A DNA stretch of 63,432 bases, filler included, from Octopus bimaculoides (GCF_001194135.2; 4 parts of 4 records of this genome joined end to end with filler, not necessarily neighbours in it); one strand, 5' to 3'; shown: positions 1 through 14,970, numbered from the whole stretch's first letter. Notes: generated by a model from the sequence alone, not told the origin. Numbers and translations are program-made.

Positions 1-2221
1 ACAAACACAGACACACAAACATATATACACACATATGCACATATACGACGGGCTTCTTTCAGTTTCCATCTACCAAATTCACTCACGAGGCTTTGGTCAG
101 CCCGAGGCTATAGTAGAAGAAACTTGCCCAAGGTGCCACACAGCGGGACTGAACCCAGAACCATGTGACTGGTAAGCAAGCTACTTACCACACAGCCACT
201 CCTGCACCTATATTTGATTTATGTAGGAATTTTTGAAGGCCTTGAGCAAGTCGGTCAATGAGCAAAGACAGCCTAACCTCAGTGATCCTATCTTTTTATT
301 TGGAATATAAAGTATTTTGGGCTGAAATATTTAATGTTCCCTTTTCTTCTTAATATGGTAGGCTATGACTTGAGGGATATTTGGCTGCTACTTTTACCAA
401 GTCAAGCAGATGTATAGTCACTCATGCTAACTCAAGGTATAACAAATGAACAAGTAAACAGATTATTAAACTACATGTCTATGAGTTCATCATCATTATT
501 ATCATTTAGCACACATGTTCCACGCTGGCATGGGTTGACCAGTTGTGGTTAGTTTCAGCATGAAACAGGCAGAATATTTTGACTGGATATGACTAATTTA
601 AACGCTAAAATTTAAATGTATTCAAAACACTATGTTACTGCCATTTCAGTCTGGAGTATTTTAACTAAGATATCAAAGTAACAGCCTATTTACTAATTCT
701 AACAAACAATATAAATAGTAGTTAGTCTCTAGTTGTTGTTGGTTAACAAGGAGCACACTAGTAATACTTTCCTATTGGTCCATTAAAAATACCACTGTAT
801 TTACCACACATCTTCAATTATAAACAAATTATTTAAGTGAGAGACATTTAAAAATAAAAGTAGTACTTCTGAAAAAAAACAAAAAAACAAAATCCAGAAA
901 ATCTACTAAAAATGTACTTTGTAGTATAATATACTTAAGACTGTTGAGTTTTAAAAAGTCGTTTGTAATGCTTTTAAACTCCCAGAAGTTTTAATGAAAA
1001 TTTTAGAGCAATATAGATGCCTAAACAGTATAGAATTGCTCGTTCCCAACAGAAATTTCACATGTTAGTAAACATAACATGTTCCTGAAATTTAAGACTA
1101 ACTCTGAATAAAATAAAAATAAAATCCTTACATACAGACAAGACTATGCCAAATTTCCCCTTTGAAGTAAAGTCTTGCATAAAAAGATCTTAGTCATTTC
1201 AAACAATGCTTGAGTAGCCAACAAGTCCAGAGCTGTTCTGAGCTGCTTTTTCAAATTCCCAACTGGATCACTTTACGAGACTAAGATCTTATATCACTGA
1301 ATCATCGTCTGGCTGATGCACATGCCTAAGACTAAACAAAATAAGCACCAGTAAGACAGTTACCATATAGGTGTTCAGCTGGCTAGAAATAGCAACCAAA
1401 TTAACCACAACAGTTAAAAAAGACAACGAAAGTCATATAGACTAATATTGACTTAGAAATACAAAAAATATAGAATGTCCAAGACTGGAATGTCTTTTGA
1501 TGATAAATCTGCTCAGATGAAAATGACCAAGGTTCAAAGACTAAAATATTAAACAAAACGAAGACAAAATTTTGTGCTGTATTATTTATCACTTCATATA
1601 TATTCTTTATTCCGATTTAAAAAGTTCCAGAAAAATTAATTGCAAAATAACTTGAGAATTAGAAGTCAGTGTTTGGAATATGATAGAATGCCAATTTATA
1701 GGTACAACAGGTAAATAATTCAGATTGGTTACCTGTGAGTGATGGTAATAAAATAGTCACAAAACTAAATATATGTTTAAAATGAATAGGTATAAATGTA
1801 GAGAATGCCTATTAGCTGAGTGCTTGAAACCATAACTAAACAGATATCATATCTTATTATATATCATATCTACCTATCTATGAGTGTTATATTTGTTTCT
1901 GTACCACTCTGTTTCCAATGACATTGCATGTAAATGATTCCACGTGAAAGATTATGCAATATGTGTGGCTGAATATGTTGGATTGACACTTCCTTGTAAT
2001 TCCTTGTCTTCTTATCTCTCACTCACACACACACACAATAATAATCGATGGAGGAAACGGAAGACAGATTCAGCACTAGTCTTTATTCAGTACGACGATC
2101 ATTTTGACCAATCCTACAACTGTCCATTATGGGTAGGATACTGTGCATCTGTGCTGCATCAATATGTGCAGTTTATGTCACATCAGGTACATGCATAAAA
2201 AAGGGAATGTCCCACTAGACA

Positions 2222-2274
<53 letters not shown>

Positions 2275-2580
2275 CTGCATTTCNNNNNNNNNNCACACAC
2301 ACACACACACACCCCTGCATTTCTAACACACATTTTAATGTCTTATTTATGTCAAGCGGTATATAAATATAAAACAATTTAACTGAAGGATTATCTGATA
2401 ATCTTTAGTAGTGTATATATATAGTTACTTTTACAAGTAAATAGTTGACAGTGACTTTGAAGTTTTGGCTTGCTCACTTTCATCAGACTGGACAGGGCAA
2501 AGTGGAACTCCAAAGTCATTGATAAATTTTTCCTGGTAAAAATGAATATATACATATATATATACACTTATACAAACATG

Positions 2581-2614
<34 letters not shown>

Positions 2615-2815
2615 CATACATATACATAGACACATACATATACAGATACATTATATCTATATATACACACATATATAGATACAGATACACACACATACTT
2701 AATTCAAGCATATACAATGATATATATCTACATGTGTGTATGCAGGCATATATACATATCTATATACACTTGTGTCAGTCAGGACGTAATATATTACCAT
2801 CTGACAGACAACCAA

Positions 2816-2883
<68 letters not shown>

Positions 2884-3652
2884 ATATATGCCAGCATTTC
2901 TAAAAATATGAAATCAAAACATGCAATCACACACTCTCTCTCACATCCTCTCTCTATCTCTCATTCAGTTATGTTATGATGACAATAGTTCTATGCAAAA
3001 GTGATAATATATATATGTAATATATATATATATATATATGTATGATTCAGTTATATAGGGATATATGTATGTACAGTATCTGATCAGATGTTTTATCAGT
3101 GAGTCATCTTCCTCCTAATTTTACAGTTATCAAAACTGATAAAATGCATGTTTAGTTTATTTGTTAAAGGTCAAGCATTCTTATATGAATGATCCCCGAC
3201 AAACACGGAAAGTATCTCTAAGAGTGACTAACTCCCTTCTGAAGGACTCCTTTTACAGGAACCATGACGAATAATGTATTTTCATATCTTCTGAAGATCC
3301 TAGCAGATTGCCTCAGGTCAAACCCCAAACAAGCTGTACTTACTTAGTTTGAAATATCAAATGACAACATGATACATTGACATGGTAGGATGTCTAGAAG
3401 AAGACAAGACAAGAAGCTGACACCATTAAAGAAATACTGACTCCGCAGCGAAACCAATTAGTTTCGGTTAGTATTGAAAAGAGGCATTTCAGTGCTACAA
3501 ATCTGCACGGTGTCTGTAGTTTGTGTGTGCATAGGGATAAACGCTAGCTGAATTACTTATTTGGTTAATATTTGGTATAGGAAAGAGAGAAAGATAAGGA
3601 CTGAGTCAAGGATAGAGAGAGTGAGAGATAAAGGAGGATATATATATATACA

Positions 3653-3687
<35 letters not shown>

Positions 3688-4302
3688 AGAAAATTAAGTG
3701 TGGCATGATATTTACCTCAAGGGTTTACTAAGCTCTATGAACATCTCTTCCAACTCAAATTCAATCAGAACGAATCAAACCTGCCACTTTATACAAATCG
3801 AAGCTCACCATCTGAGATTCTTGCATTAAGTATTTTGGAGAACATTTGATTATTTAACCCCAAGCCTATTACAAATCTATAAATCATACAATAAGTTTGA
3901 AGATTTCTTCCTTCCATTGCATATTTCGTCCATATTTCCTCCAACAGCCTTCTAGGTTGTTAAGGATAAGTTATATCCAAAATTCTTTGAGATCATCAGT
4001 TTCAGTTATTTATAAAAAAATTTTTTATTTAACTTTTAGAAACATTTTAAAGACTTAGTCGAAGGAGGGATGGTGGTCCTCATAGTACTTTGCAAAACCT
4101 TTATAACTAACAAAAGAATGGATTGAATAAATTACAATTTAAGAGTTGCTGGAGCAGGAAGTACTGTATCAATATATCAAGCTATTTTCAAATCTGATAT
4201 TTAGCCCAAAAGCTTAAAATAGAGTGGACTTTACAAAAGATGCCTAAGGACCTGACAGCAGTGCAAAATCCCATAATATATAAAGACTTTATTATGCAAT
4301 TT

Positions 4303-4335
<33 letters not shown>

Positions 4336-4639
4336 GGCACTGGCATGGTTGTGAGGTAAGAAGTTTGCTTCCCAACTACATGGTTCTGGGTTCAGTCCAA
4401 CTGTGTGGTATTTTGGGTGAATGTCTTCTATTATAGCAATAGACATTGTAGCCATGTCCTAATTTCTTTCTTACTTGTTGGCTTCATCAGAGATTTGGAC
4501 TCTAAAATACTTGTACAATTTATTCAATCCTCTCACTGCCTGGTTTGATGTCAACATCTATTTGTCTTTTCTTACTACCATGTTTTTTGTTTTCTTAAGG
4601 CTTAGATAAAGAAGAACAAGCAAGATGCAATAACTTGAA

Positions 4640-5400
4640 ATGTCTTTTCCAGTAGGTGAAGGAACACAAAGGAGAATATACTGCAAAGACAAGCAGTATC
4701 AAATCACAAGAAAGAATAGTTCCAACAGCAATACAACAGGTAAAGCAAAGATGGTTAGATTACATCAAGAAACTGTTTGAAAGTAACCCTGTGGTTGCCA
4801 TGGTTGACACAGATTAAGGGCATGGGAAAGAACTGAACCACTGAGAAATGAGGTAGAAAGAGCCCCAGAAAAGATAAAAAAAAACAGGAAAGCACTAGAT
4901 CTACATGCAGTGCTGACTGAACTGATCAAGGATGTAAGAAACAGTACCTTAGCAATACTCTGCAAATTGTGCTATAAGATCTGGAGAGAAAAGAAGAGGC
5001 TGTCAGATTGGTGCACAGCAGAATATGTACCAATACACAAAGAGGGAGACCTACTTATGTTGAGAATTATAGAAGAATCATTCTCATACCACATGCAAGT
5101 GAAGTATTTTTGGTCATCACCCTCAAATCATTCCTCAAGCAAGAAATAGCTAAAGAACTGGATTGATTTAGGAGCAGACATAGCATGAAGGAATAGATGT
5201 CAATGAACTAAAATAATATTTAGACATTCCACTGCTGTATAAAATCTTGAATGAATTTGCATTATAAAAAAAAACAAAAAACAAAAAAAAAACTGGAGCT
5301 ATGAGACAAACAGCACTAAATTCCTCTCTTATACATAAGATCTCAAACTCAGAATGACATCTACTGCAATATTGATGGTGGTACCGTCTAGCATAGCACA
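4640..5400 (+). mobile_element. Decayed RTE-type LINE fragment (N-terminal RT region)
   Basis: Frameshifted KAP..AELIK..LC.KIW..DW....VPI.K.GD...NYR.I.L.PHASKVF-like translation around 4860-5110. Confidence 0.65.
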
Positions 5401-5646
5401 GCTCTCTTGCTAAAACTAGGGCAAAAGTAGATATGCATGATAATATATGATACACACACACACGTGTGTGTGTGTGTGTTTGTGTGAGTGTATGTGACTA
5501 CATGTGTGTGTGTTTATACACCTTTTTCTGACATAAAATAAAAATAAGATTTTCCATACATCATCAGTAATATTTCTTATTATTTTCTTGTTATTTCTTC
5601 TTCTTCTTCTTCTTCTTCTTCTTATTATTATTATTATTATTATATA

Positions 5647-6265
5647 AAGAATATAAGAGACGCCACGACAATATAGCCAGGCTTGTCCATTGGACACTTT
5701 GCAACAAGTATGGACTTGAAGAGCAAAACATTTGCATGATCACAAACCCAAAGGCATCATCGAAATGTGATAATGGAAAGATCCTGTGGGATTTTATGAT
5801 TCAGTGCGACCATGAGATAGAGAATAGGAAGCCAGACATAGTCTTAACTGAGAAAGAAAGTAAACTATGCTGGATCATAGATATAGCATGCCCAGCTGAC
5901 AACAAGGTATGCAATAAGGAAGAAAGAAAAGTCGAGAGATATAACAGGTTAGCCTGGGAAGTTAAGCAGTTGTGGTTGATGAAAAAGGTAGCAGTAGTAC
6001 CAATAATTGGCAGAGCCCTGGGAACAGTGAGCAAAAGTTTCGAGAAGTACGTGGAACAAATAGGGGCTGCAATAAGGATGGAGCACTTGCAGAAAACAGC
6101 ACTGCTTGGAACCGCTCGAATACTCCAGAAAGTGCTCGAAAAATAAGAGGTGTTACCTTAGTTTGTTGGTAGTGAACAGCTGACACTGTAGTACACCTCC
6201 AGCATTAGAAGCTGTGCAAAGCAACAACAACAATAACAACAACAAAAAAATTAATAATAATGATG

Positions 6266-6310
<45 letters not shown>
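5647..6310 (+). mobile_element. 5'-truncated R4/Dong-like non-LTR element, restriction-like endonuclease end, flanked by TAA-type microsatellites
   Basis: YKRRHDNIARLVHW..C, KILWDF.IQCD, RKPDIV, IIDIACP and KTALLGTARIL are typical RLE C-terminal motifs. Followed by (AAT)n at ~6265-6310 and preceded by (TAT)n. Confidence 0.85.
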
Positions 6311-6314
<4 letters not shown>

Positions 6315-6470
6315 CAACATTGAAAAATACCTTAGGAATGAGAACCCAGGTTCGAAATTTCTCCAAGGCATCTGATGAAGGTTGGAGGGTATATCAGCCG
6401 AAACATTCTGTTAACAACAAAGAAGATGAGGAAAAATATCTGTCAAATGTAAATAATGTAAATAATGAAA
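6310..6470 (+). mobile_element. Short repeat (Penelope-like 3' end) with a decayed hammerhead motif
   Basis: CTGATGA A GGTTG..CAGCC GAAAC at 6372-6404; homologous copies at 25950-26140 (+) and 55820-55892 (-). Confidence 0.6.
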
Positions 6471-7354
6471 GGTTCAGATTCTTGAAGTGAGTACTAGTAG
6501 ACAAATAATTGATACAAATGGAGATTAAATGTAACATATTAGGAAAATTGCACAAATTGGCAATCAAAAATGTAAATATCATCCATTGATTAGGAGTAAA
6601 CTACCCAGAAGGCACTCTTTCTGCTAGCTTTATAAAATGTTGAACATTTTTTTTTAAAGATGGCTGTGTGGTAAGAAGCTTGCTTCCCAACCACATGGTT
6701 CTGGGTTCAGTCACACTGCATGACACCTTGGGCAAGTGTCTTCTACTAGAGTCTCGGGCTGACCAAAGCCTTATAATTGGATTTGGTAAATGGAAACTGA
6801 AAGAAGCCCATCATTTTTATGTGTGCATGTATGTGTGTGTGTGTGCATGTGTCTGTGTTTGTCACCCCACCATTGCTTGACAACTGGTGCGTTTACATCC
6901 CTGTAACTTAGCAATTCGGCAAAAAGTGATCGCTTGAATAAGTACTATGCTTACAAAAAATAAGTCCTGGGGTTGATTTGTTTGACTAAAGGTGGTGCTC
7001 CAGCATGGTTGCAGTAAAATAACTGAAACAATTAAAAGAGTAGAAGAGTGGTGCATGATTTGATGGAAATTTGGCTACTGTTTCTAGCAGATTGATTGAT
7101 TTCTAGGTGCTTTCTCGTTTGTACATATCTGTGTGGAAGTTTATTCCAGTGGGTGAGAATTTTTGTGGAGGAAGGATTGAATAAAATGTTCACTATATAG
7201 AAGGTGTAGTGTGAGACACAACAGGAACAGAAGTAAGAGGAGGAGACAGATGAGGTGGCATAGAAGTGGTGGGTACATGAAATGGCGTAAGTTTGGGTGA
7301 GGATGTTAACATTGTTTATTAATTCAAAGTATTGAAGACAATTGTAATAATGCC

Positions 7355-7396
<42 letters not shown>

Positions 7397-8503
7397 AGAA
7401 AGTGGGAAGGGAAGAGAGCGATGGAGGAGAGAGATTACATGACATCATATTGGTACACTAACTGTTGTAGTAAGCTGTGTGAATGTGTACCTAGCTATCA
7501 GTCATATAGATATCAATCTACTGGAAAACATGAGGAAAATAACTTTTATGAGACAATCATTATTATTATTCGATTTTTTTTTTCAAAGTTCATTTAAAAA
7601 TCTATAAAATAACACTTTATGTAAGATATACTTGAAAGTGAGTATATTGTTCGAATAAGACAATTGAATAGAAATATTGCATCAAATGTAATTTCTTTCA
7701 ATGTCTTAGAAATATTTAACATTACTTTAGGTTGTTGTTTTTTTTCCTATTTTTATTCTTTATTTTACTCTTGGTTGTGAAATAAAAGTGACTGATACTT
7801 GGCTTAAACTTGAACAAAGGATAAATCAAGACAATTTCAGAAGGACAGACAAGTTTATGGTGTTGCTGTTTTGGCCCAAATTAATGTCTCATCTAGCAGA
7901 TTTATCATCAACAGCATTCCTGCCATAACCATCTCATCATTTTTACACGATTTAGGAAATACATTATCTAATGTATCTGATTCATTTTTTTAACCCTATA
8001 GCATTCAGATTACTCTGTCAAATGCAATGCATGTTAATTCCCATTGTTTTGAATTAATCAGGCATTATCTCATAGCTTTGCACTTTTGGTAATGTAATCA
8101 TTCATTTCTAAAATGACATTGTAGGCTAGGTGTGAGTAACTGGAGCTAGCTGGTTTGAACCTAAAATAAGTAGAATATTTTAGCTGGATATAGCTGGTTT
8201 AAATGCAAATGGGTTAAAGACAGGTGAGTGTGATTCTAGGGAGATTTTGCTGCTATTTCCAGATAGTAAGACAACCACACAGAATCTTCTTAGTTGACTT
8301 GAAAGGTTGGTAAAATAAATTATCAGTCAATCAACTTCCTCACCCCTCTCAAAATTGCTGGCCTTGTGCCAAAATTAGAAAGAATTTAATGCATCCCTAA
8401 TTTATGTCTGTCAAGCAATTTAGACTCAACATTAAAACCCCACAAAGCATTAATCAATTGTCATTGGTGGCATTAGCTCATATCCGAGCAGTAAGATCTG
8501 TAG

Positions 8504-8766
8504 TCAGTGATTTGAGCCTTGTGTTGATGGGTGTGAAAGGTGCTGGTGTTTGAGATGGTTTTTGAGGCCAAGAGCAGTATAGAAGAGCCAAGGACATTTA
8601 TCATGGGAGAAAAAAAAATGAGAGTTTCTCTTTGTGTCTTCGTTGTCTGATCTCTGCATCTTGACATCTGTTATTTTCCATCTGGTCTGTTCCCTTGACA
8701 ATGACATGTCATCACTTTCGGTGTTCCTTAGTGATTGTCTTTCAGGTATTTGGGCCAGTTGTATAC
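8504..8766 (-). CDS. Putative terminal coding exon with a degenerate C2H2 zinc finger (..FSHDKCPWLFYTALGLKNHLKHQH..STQGSNH*)
   Basis: Acceptor atatttgcacatag, phase 1, 86 codons to TGA, unique sequence, C-x3-F-x5-L-x2-H-x4-H pattern. Linkage to the PIN gene is not demonstrated. Confidence 0.5.
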
Positions 8767-9078
8767 CTATGTGCAAATATATGAACTGAGACCTTAAGAG
8801 TTCAATATCTCTAGCTTGTTAGTTCCTGTCAAATTGTCCAACCCATTTTAGTATGGAAAAAGGGCATTAAATGATGCTGCTGCTGCTGCTGATGGTGATG
8901 ATGATATATTCATACATATATGTGTGGTAAGAAGCTTGTTTCCCAACCACGTGGTTGTGGGTTCAATTCCGCTGCTTGGCACCTTGGGCAAGTGTCTTCT
9001 ACTATAGCCTTAGGTCAACCAAAGCCTTGTGAGTGGATTTGGTAGATGGAAACTGAGAGAAGGCAGTCCTATATGTGA

Positions 9079-9124
<46 letters not shown>

Positions 9125-9388
9125 GTGTTAGTGTGTGCATGTATCTTTGTATCTGTTTGTCCCACCACCAAAACCACTTGACGACTGGTGTCGGTATGTT
9201 TTCATCCCAATAATTTAGCAATTCAGCAAAACAGAGCAATAGAATAAGTACCAGGCTTAAAGACAAAAAAATGAAGTAAGTACTAGGGTTGATCAGTTTG
9301 ACGAAAACTCCTCAGGGTGGTGCCCCAGTATGACCACAGTCTAATGACTGAAACAAGCAAAAAATAAAAGTAAGAGATAAAGATATAT

Positions 9389-9428
<40 letters not shown>

Positions 9429-9752
9429 GAAAACCCTGATACAGGCGTTTTGTATATGCAAAGATTTAATTTATTAAATTCAAGAATTTTCCAACTTGAA
9501 ACCCACCAAACCCACAACACTTCAACTTTGCAAAAAGATCTTGTTTCTTTTTGTCTTTAGAAAAGGGTCAAACTAGACTTGTATTTGTTTACTCTCACCA
9601 GATCACTTCAATGACACAAACAAACCAATTTATCATATTCACTATTCTTCTGTAAAATTCTCTAAAAATATGACATGTTAATAACCAGCTGAGACATCTG
9701 GCTTCAGTTAAGCAGAATAACAGTAAAACAACAATGAATACATGTGTGTATG

Positions 9753-9786
<34 letters not shown>

Positions 9787-11547
9787 GCTTTTACTTCTCT
9801 CATCACTAAAAAGAAAGACATAAATGAGGAAAAAGAGAGGTTTAATAAATTGTTCAAGTTTCAGTAAAATGATATGACTTGAATCTTATTTCTAGTGTAT
9901 TGTCAGTATCAACTAATTGGTTAGTCATTTTCTACCAGGAAACTGTAGAGGTAAGTTAAATCTTAGATTACAACACGAAAGTAATTTTGGTTGGGTCTAA
10001 CCTATTAGACATCATAACAAAAAAAAAAAAAGATTAACATTTAATACAAATTAAACAACACTGATGTTTGGAACCATTAATCAGTTTTGGGGTTGATTAG
10101 TGACGCAGTACTGAATGACCATGGGAGGTAGAATTCTGAAGCAACAAGACACTTATTCTCAGACTTGAAAATTATATGCAGGATTAGATGCCTGGGTAGT
10201 CTGTGTTCTCTTTGGGGTATAATTCATTATAAATTACAATACTGGCAGCAACCAAAGCATAAAAAAATTAAAAAAAGGATTTTTCTTTTTTGTAGACTCA
10301 GAGCTGTTTCCCCCATGAGGTCTGTGTGATATACCACATGTCTCATAAATCTGTGAAACTTTCAAAAATCAAAAAAACTCTTAAATGCCACATAAGATAT
10401 GAAATATCTTGTAATATAGATTTCAAATTTTGGCACACAGCCAACAATTTTGGGTGAGTGAGTAGGTTGATTGCATCAACCCCAATGAAAGGATGAAAGG
10501 TAAAGTCAACCTCAGTGGAATTTGAACTCAGAATGTGAAGACGGACAAAATGCCACCAAACATTTTGTCTGGTGTGCTAAAGATTCTGCTTGCTCACTGC
10601 CTTTGATATCTTCTAATATAGCTTTAGATATTTATCTTCTCTATACAAAGGCAGTCATCTAATCATTGATAAATATTTGTTACAATGGCAAATAGCATCA
10701 GATTTATGGTTAGATATGAAAGAGAAAATTATGAGCTTAATCACTTTGTCAAGAGTATTAATAACATATCTGGAAATGTACAACATAGATTCAAATCTGG
10801 GTTGCAAATTTAGTCCATAAAGAGCTTACTATTGAAAAAAATTGGCTCAGTCTTATAAAGTCAAAAAATAGAATCGTTTGATATTTCTGCCTCTCTGAAG
10901 AAACATGAGCAATATTAATGAACTTGAGGTAAGGTATGAAAAATTAGTTGAAAAACTTAGCTGCTTTAGAACAGTGGTTCACATCCAGGATCCATGTGTC
11001 CCTGGGGGGTCCATATAAGGTTTTGTTGTCAAAATTTATCTATCAGCAATAAATTGCTACAATATACAAAATATTTTAACAAATATTTTATACAATTAGC
11101 TGTCCACAGGAGCTAGCATAAAAGTCAACACAGAGCGCAGCTTTTAGGCCAATGAATATATAAGTGTATATTGGTTTCAAATTTTGGCACAAGACCAGCA
11201 AGTGAAGGGGAGGCGGTGAATCACTTGCATCAATCCCAGTGTTCAACTGGTACTTATTTTATTGACCTTGAAAAGATGTAAGGCAAAGTTAGCCTCAGCA
11301 GAATTTGAACTCAGAAAATAAGGGCAGATGAAATGTCACAAAGCATTTTGCTCTGTGTGCTAAAGATTCTGCTACTTTGCTGTCCTATATATTGTGTATA
11401 TCAATAGCAGGTAATGGTTGGGATACATAATCTAGACATTTACCTCATGAAATATTAAGAACATGACACAAGATTGGACAAAATGTGAATTGTTGATCGA
11501 TTGTAAACAATGTTATAAAAGTAATTTCCTTAACTCCATTCTTCGTT

Positions 11548-11600
<53 letters not shown>

Positions 11601-12045
11601 TGTGTATGTGTGTGTGAGTATGTGAGTGAGTGCACACACATATATACATGTGTATGTTGATAGAGAGATAGATAACACCAATATATAAAAGATTCCATTT
11701 TTATACTCATCTTTTTTTATGCTGGCATGAATTAGAAGAATATATTATTGAGGCATTATTTTATGGCCACATGTTCTTTCTGTTGCTAAACTTCAGCCTT
11801 TTTCAGCAAAGTATCCCTTATTCCACATGTCTTTGAAGACTCACAGGCTGCAGCCGGTCTGTTAATTGGAGAAATGAGAACTTCGTCATTACTTGTAGCT
11901 CAGCAGCTTTCAGAGAATCACAAATGTAAACAAGCACACAGGTACACATACACAGCATAGACACACTCATACATTCCTGTATATACAAGCTCACATGCAC
12001 ACATATATACACAGATACTCACATAAATGTATATACATACCCACA

Positions 12046-12077
<32 letters not shown>

Positions 12078-13205
12078 NNNNNNNNNNNNNNNNNNNNNNN
12101 NNNNNNNNNNNNNNNNNNNNNNNNNNNNNNNNNNNNNNNNNNNNNNNNNNNNNNNNNNNNNNNNNNNNNNNNNNNNNNNNNNNNNNNNNNNNNNNNNNNN
12201 NNNNNNNNNNNNNNNNNNNNNNNNNNNNNNNNNNNNNNNNNNNNNNNNNNNNNNNNNNNNNNNNNNNNNNNNNNNNNNNNNNNNNNNNNNNNNNNNNNNN
12301 NNNNNNNNNNNNNNNNNNNNNNNNNNNNNNNNNNNNNNNNNNNNNNNNNNNNNNNNNNNNNNNNNNNNNNNNNNNNNNNNNNNNNNNNNNNNNNNNNNNN
12401 NNNNNNNNNNNNNNNNNNNNNNNNNNNNNNNNNNNNNNNNNNNNNNNNNNNNNNNNNNNNNNNNNNNNNNNNNNNNNNNNNNNNNNNNNNNNNNNNNNNN
12501 NNNNNNNNNNNNNNNNNNNNNNNNNNNNNNNNNNNNNNNNNNNNNNNNNNNNNNNNNNNNNNNNNNNNNNNNNNNNNNNNNNNNNNNNNNNNNNNNNNNN
12601 NNNNNNNNNNNNNNNNNNNNNNNNNNNNNNNNNNNNNNNNNNNNNNNNNNNNNNNNNNNNNNNNNNNNNNNNNNNNNNNNNNNNNNNNNNNNNNNNNNNN
12701 NNNNNNNNNNNNNNNNNNNNNNNNNNNNNNNNNNNNNNNNNNNNNNNNNNNNNNNNNNNNNNNNNNNNNNNNNNNNNNNNNNNNNNNNNNNNNNNNNNNN
12801 NNNNNNNNNNNNNNNNNNNNNNNNNNNNNNNNNNNNNNNNNNNNNNNNNNNNNNNNNNNNNNNNNNNNNNNNNNNNNNNAAATTTCAAAAATGTAAATAT
12901 ATTTTTTTTAAAGTAAAGGGCAGAAATGAAATTGGAAAAAAAAAAAAAATAAAAAGAGAAAAAGTTTTTAAAAAATGGGAATACATTTGAATATATTTGA
13001 AAACAATTGTGAAATTCTTACTGAAGTGTTTGGAAATAAAAGACAAAATAATTTTTTTAAAGAACTAAAAAACAATACTTTTATTGAGATAAAATCTATA
13101 AAAGAAAACGTTTTCTCTTATTTCTACCCATTCTGAAAAATTTCTTGTTTTGAAATATATAACTTTAGTGTCAATAACATGACACAAACATATATGAGTA
13201 TATGG

Positions 13206-13246
<41 letters not shown>

Positions 13247-14810
13247 CATATATGTGTGCATATGTAAATATATATGTATGTAAATATATATGCATATATG
13301 TGTGTGTTTATATATGTATATAAACATGCATGTATATATGTATATACATATATATATTTATATATATATATACATATACACATACACGCACATATATACA
13401 TATAAACATATATATATATATATATACACACATATATATACACATTTTTATATATACACATACACACAAACAAATTTATGTATGTATATATATATATATA
13501 TGTATGTGTGTATTATATAAATGGCTGTATATAAGAGACTTACTTGAAAGAATCAAACCTTCAAAGTAATCAAAGGGTTATATAGTTTAGAAAATGCTAC
13601 AAAGATATTACTGATGTAAGCACTGCTGGGCTGGCTAGAAAAACAGAAGAAGAGAGAAAGAAAGGGCAAGAGATGAAAACATGTGGAAGATTCCATAGTT
13701 TTAGAGTATTGTGGTGGCACCAGTCGTTGTCTTTGAGATATTCTTTAGGGAGAAACTTCTAAATATTTATCTTAATGATTATTATGAAAAGTATAACAAA
13801 ATTTAGCGAAAGAGGGAGAACAGTGGTGAGAGTTCTATTAAATGATATCTCATTATCAGTATTTCCATCATTACAGTCACCATTACCACTACCAGCTCTA
13901 CTATATATCTCACCAAAGACATCGCCATAACAACTTCCCCTCTTCAATTTTCTGCTACTCTTTATTAAGATGACAATATTAAAATTCTTATTGTTTAAGT
14001 ATTACAAACAAATTGATGTAATAGGAATGATGATGATGAATTTAACAATTATAAATAGAATTTGATGGCTTAAGCAAAATAACACAGATCATAATCATTG
14101 CATAATTATGAATAAGTAATTATATAATTAGAGAGATTCTTAAATAACTTGTTTTTTATGCGTAGAACATATTTTGTTTATCAGTATAGTTTTATAGACC
14201 ATTAGAATAAATAGACAAGCTTAACATTTGACAGTGGCTATTATGTCATATCCTACTCTTTTATAGATAGAAGACTTTAGTAGAATGTACCTGCAGATCC
14301 ACAGACCATTAAGAAAAAAATTTAAATTACTATTTTAGTTTCAGGATCAAGTTAATTTCAGGGACTTTTCCCATTATTCACCGTTTCGTGTATTTNNNNN
14401 NNNNNNNNNNNNNNNNNNNNNNNCCCCCCCCCCCCAAAAGCTCTTAATATCTTCACAACTACTTATCCAATTTACGCAAAATTTGTTTCATTCCACTTGA
14501 ATTTACATTTTAGTGGGAACTTAATTCATAGTATTTTCCCATTATGCGCCAGTTTGCCTGAGTAACATTGCAAGCAAGCAATACTCAATCTGACTTTTAA
14601 TGCAATATATGTGTTTGTGTGTGTGTGTGTGTGTGTGAGTGTGTAGGTCACCAGCCATTAGGTTCTGAAGAAATGTAAAGCTGAGCACTTTATGGACGTG
14701 AAACCCTGGGTCACCCCATAGACCAACCATAACTATCTTTAATCTAGTTACTCTATTGCTCTATAGCTTAGAGTATGCTTCTCTTTCAGATTTATGATTT
14801 ACTGATGATT

Positions 14811-14845
<35 letters not shown>

Positions 14846-14920
14846 CAACTTTAAATAGAGCTAAGATTGTTAACAGATACTATATTTTTTACCAAATTTT
14901 TTGGTTCAAAAAAATATATA

Positions 14921-14970
<50 letters not shown>

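Noticed and set aside
1110-1330. Segment with acceptor- and donor-like ends on the minus strand
   Set aside because: Stops in all three frames after the acceptor.
11995-12990. Long ORFs in the track (also 25138-25881, 28584-29307, 59737-60541)
   Set aside because: They are open only because they run through N gaps and microsatellites.
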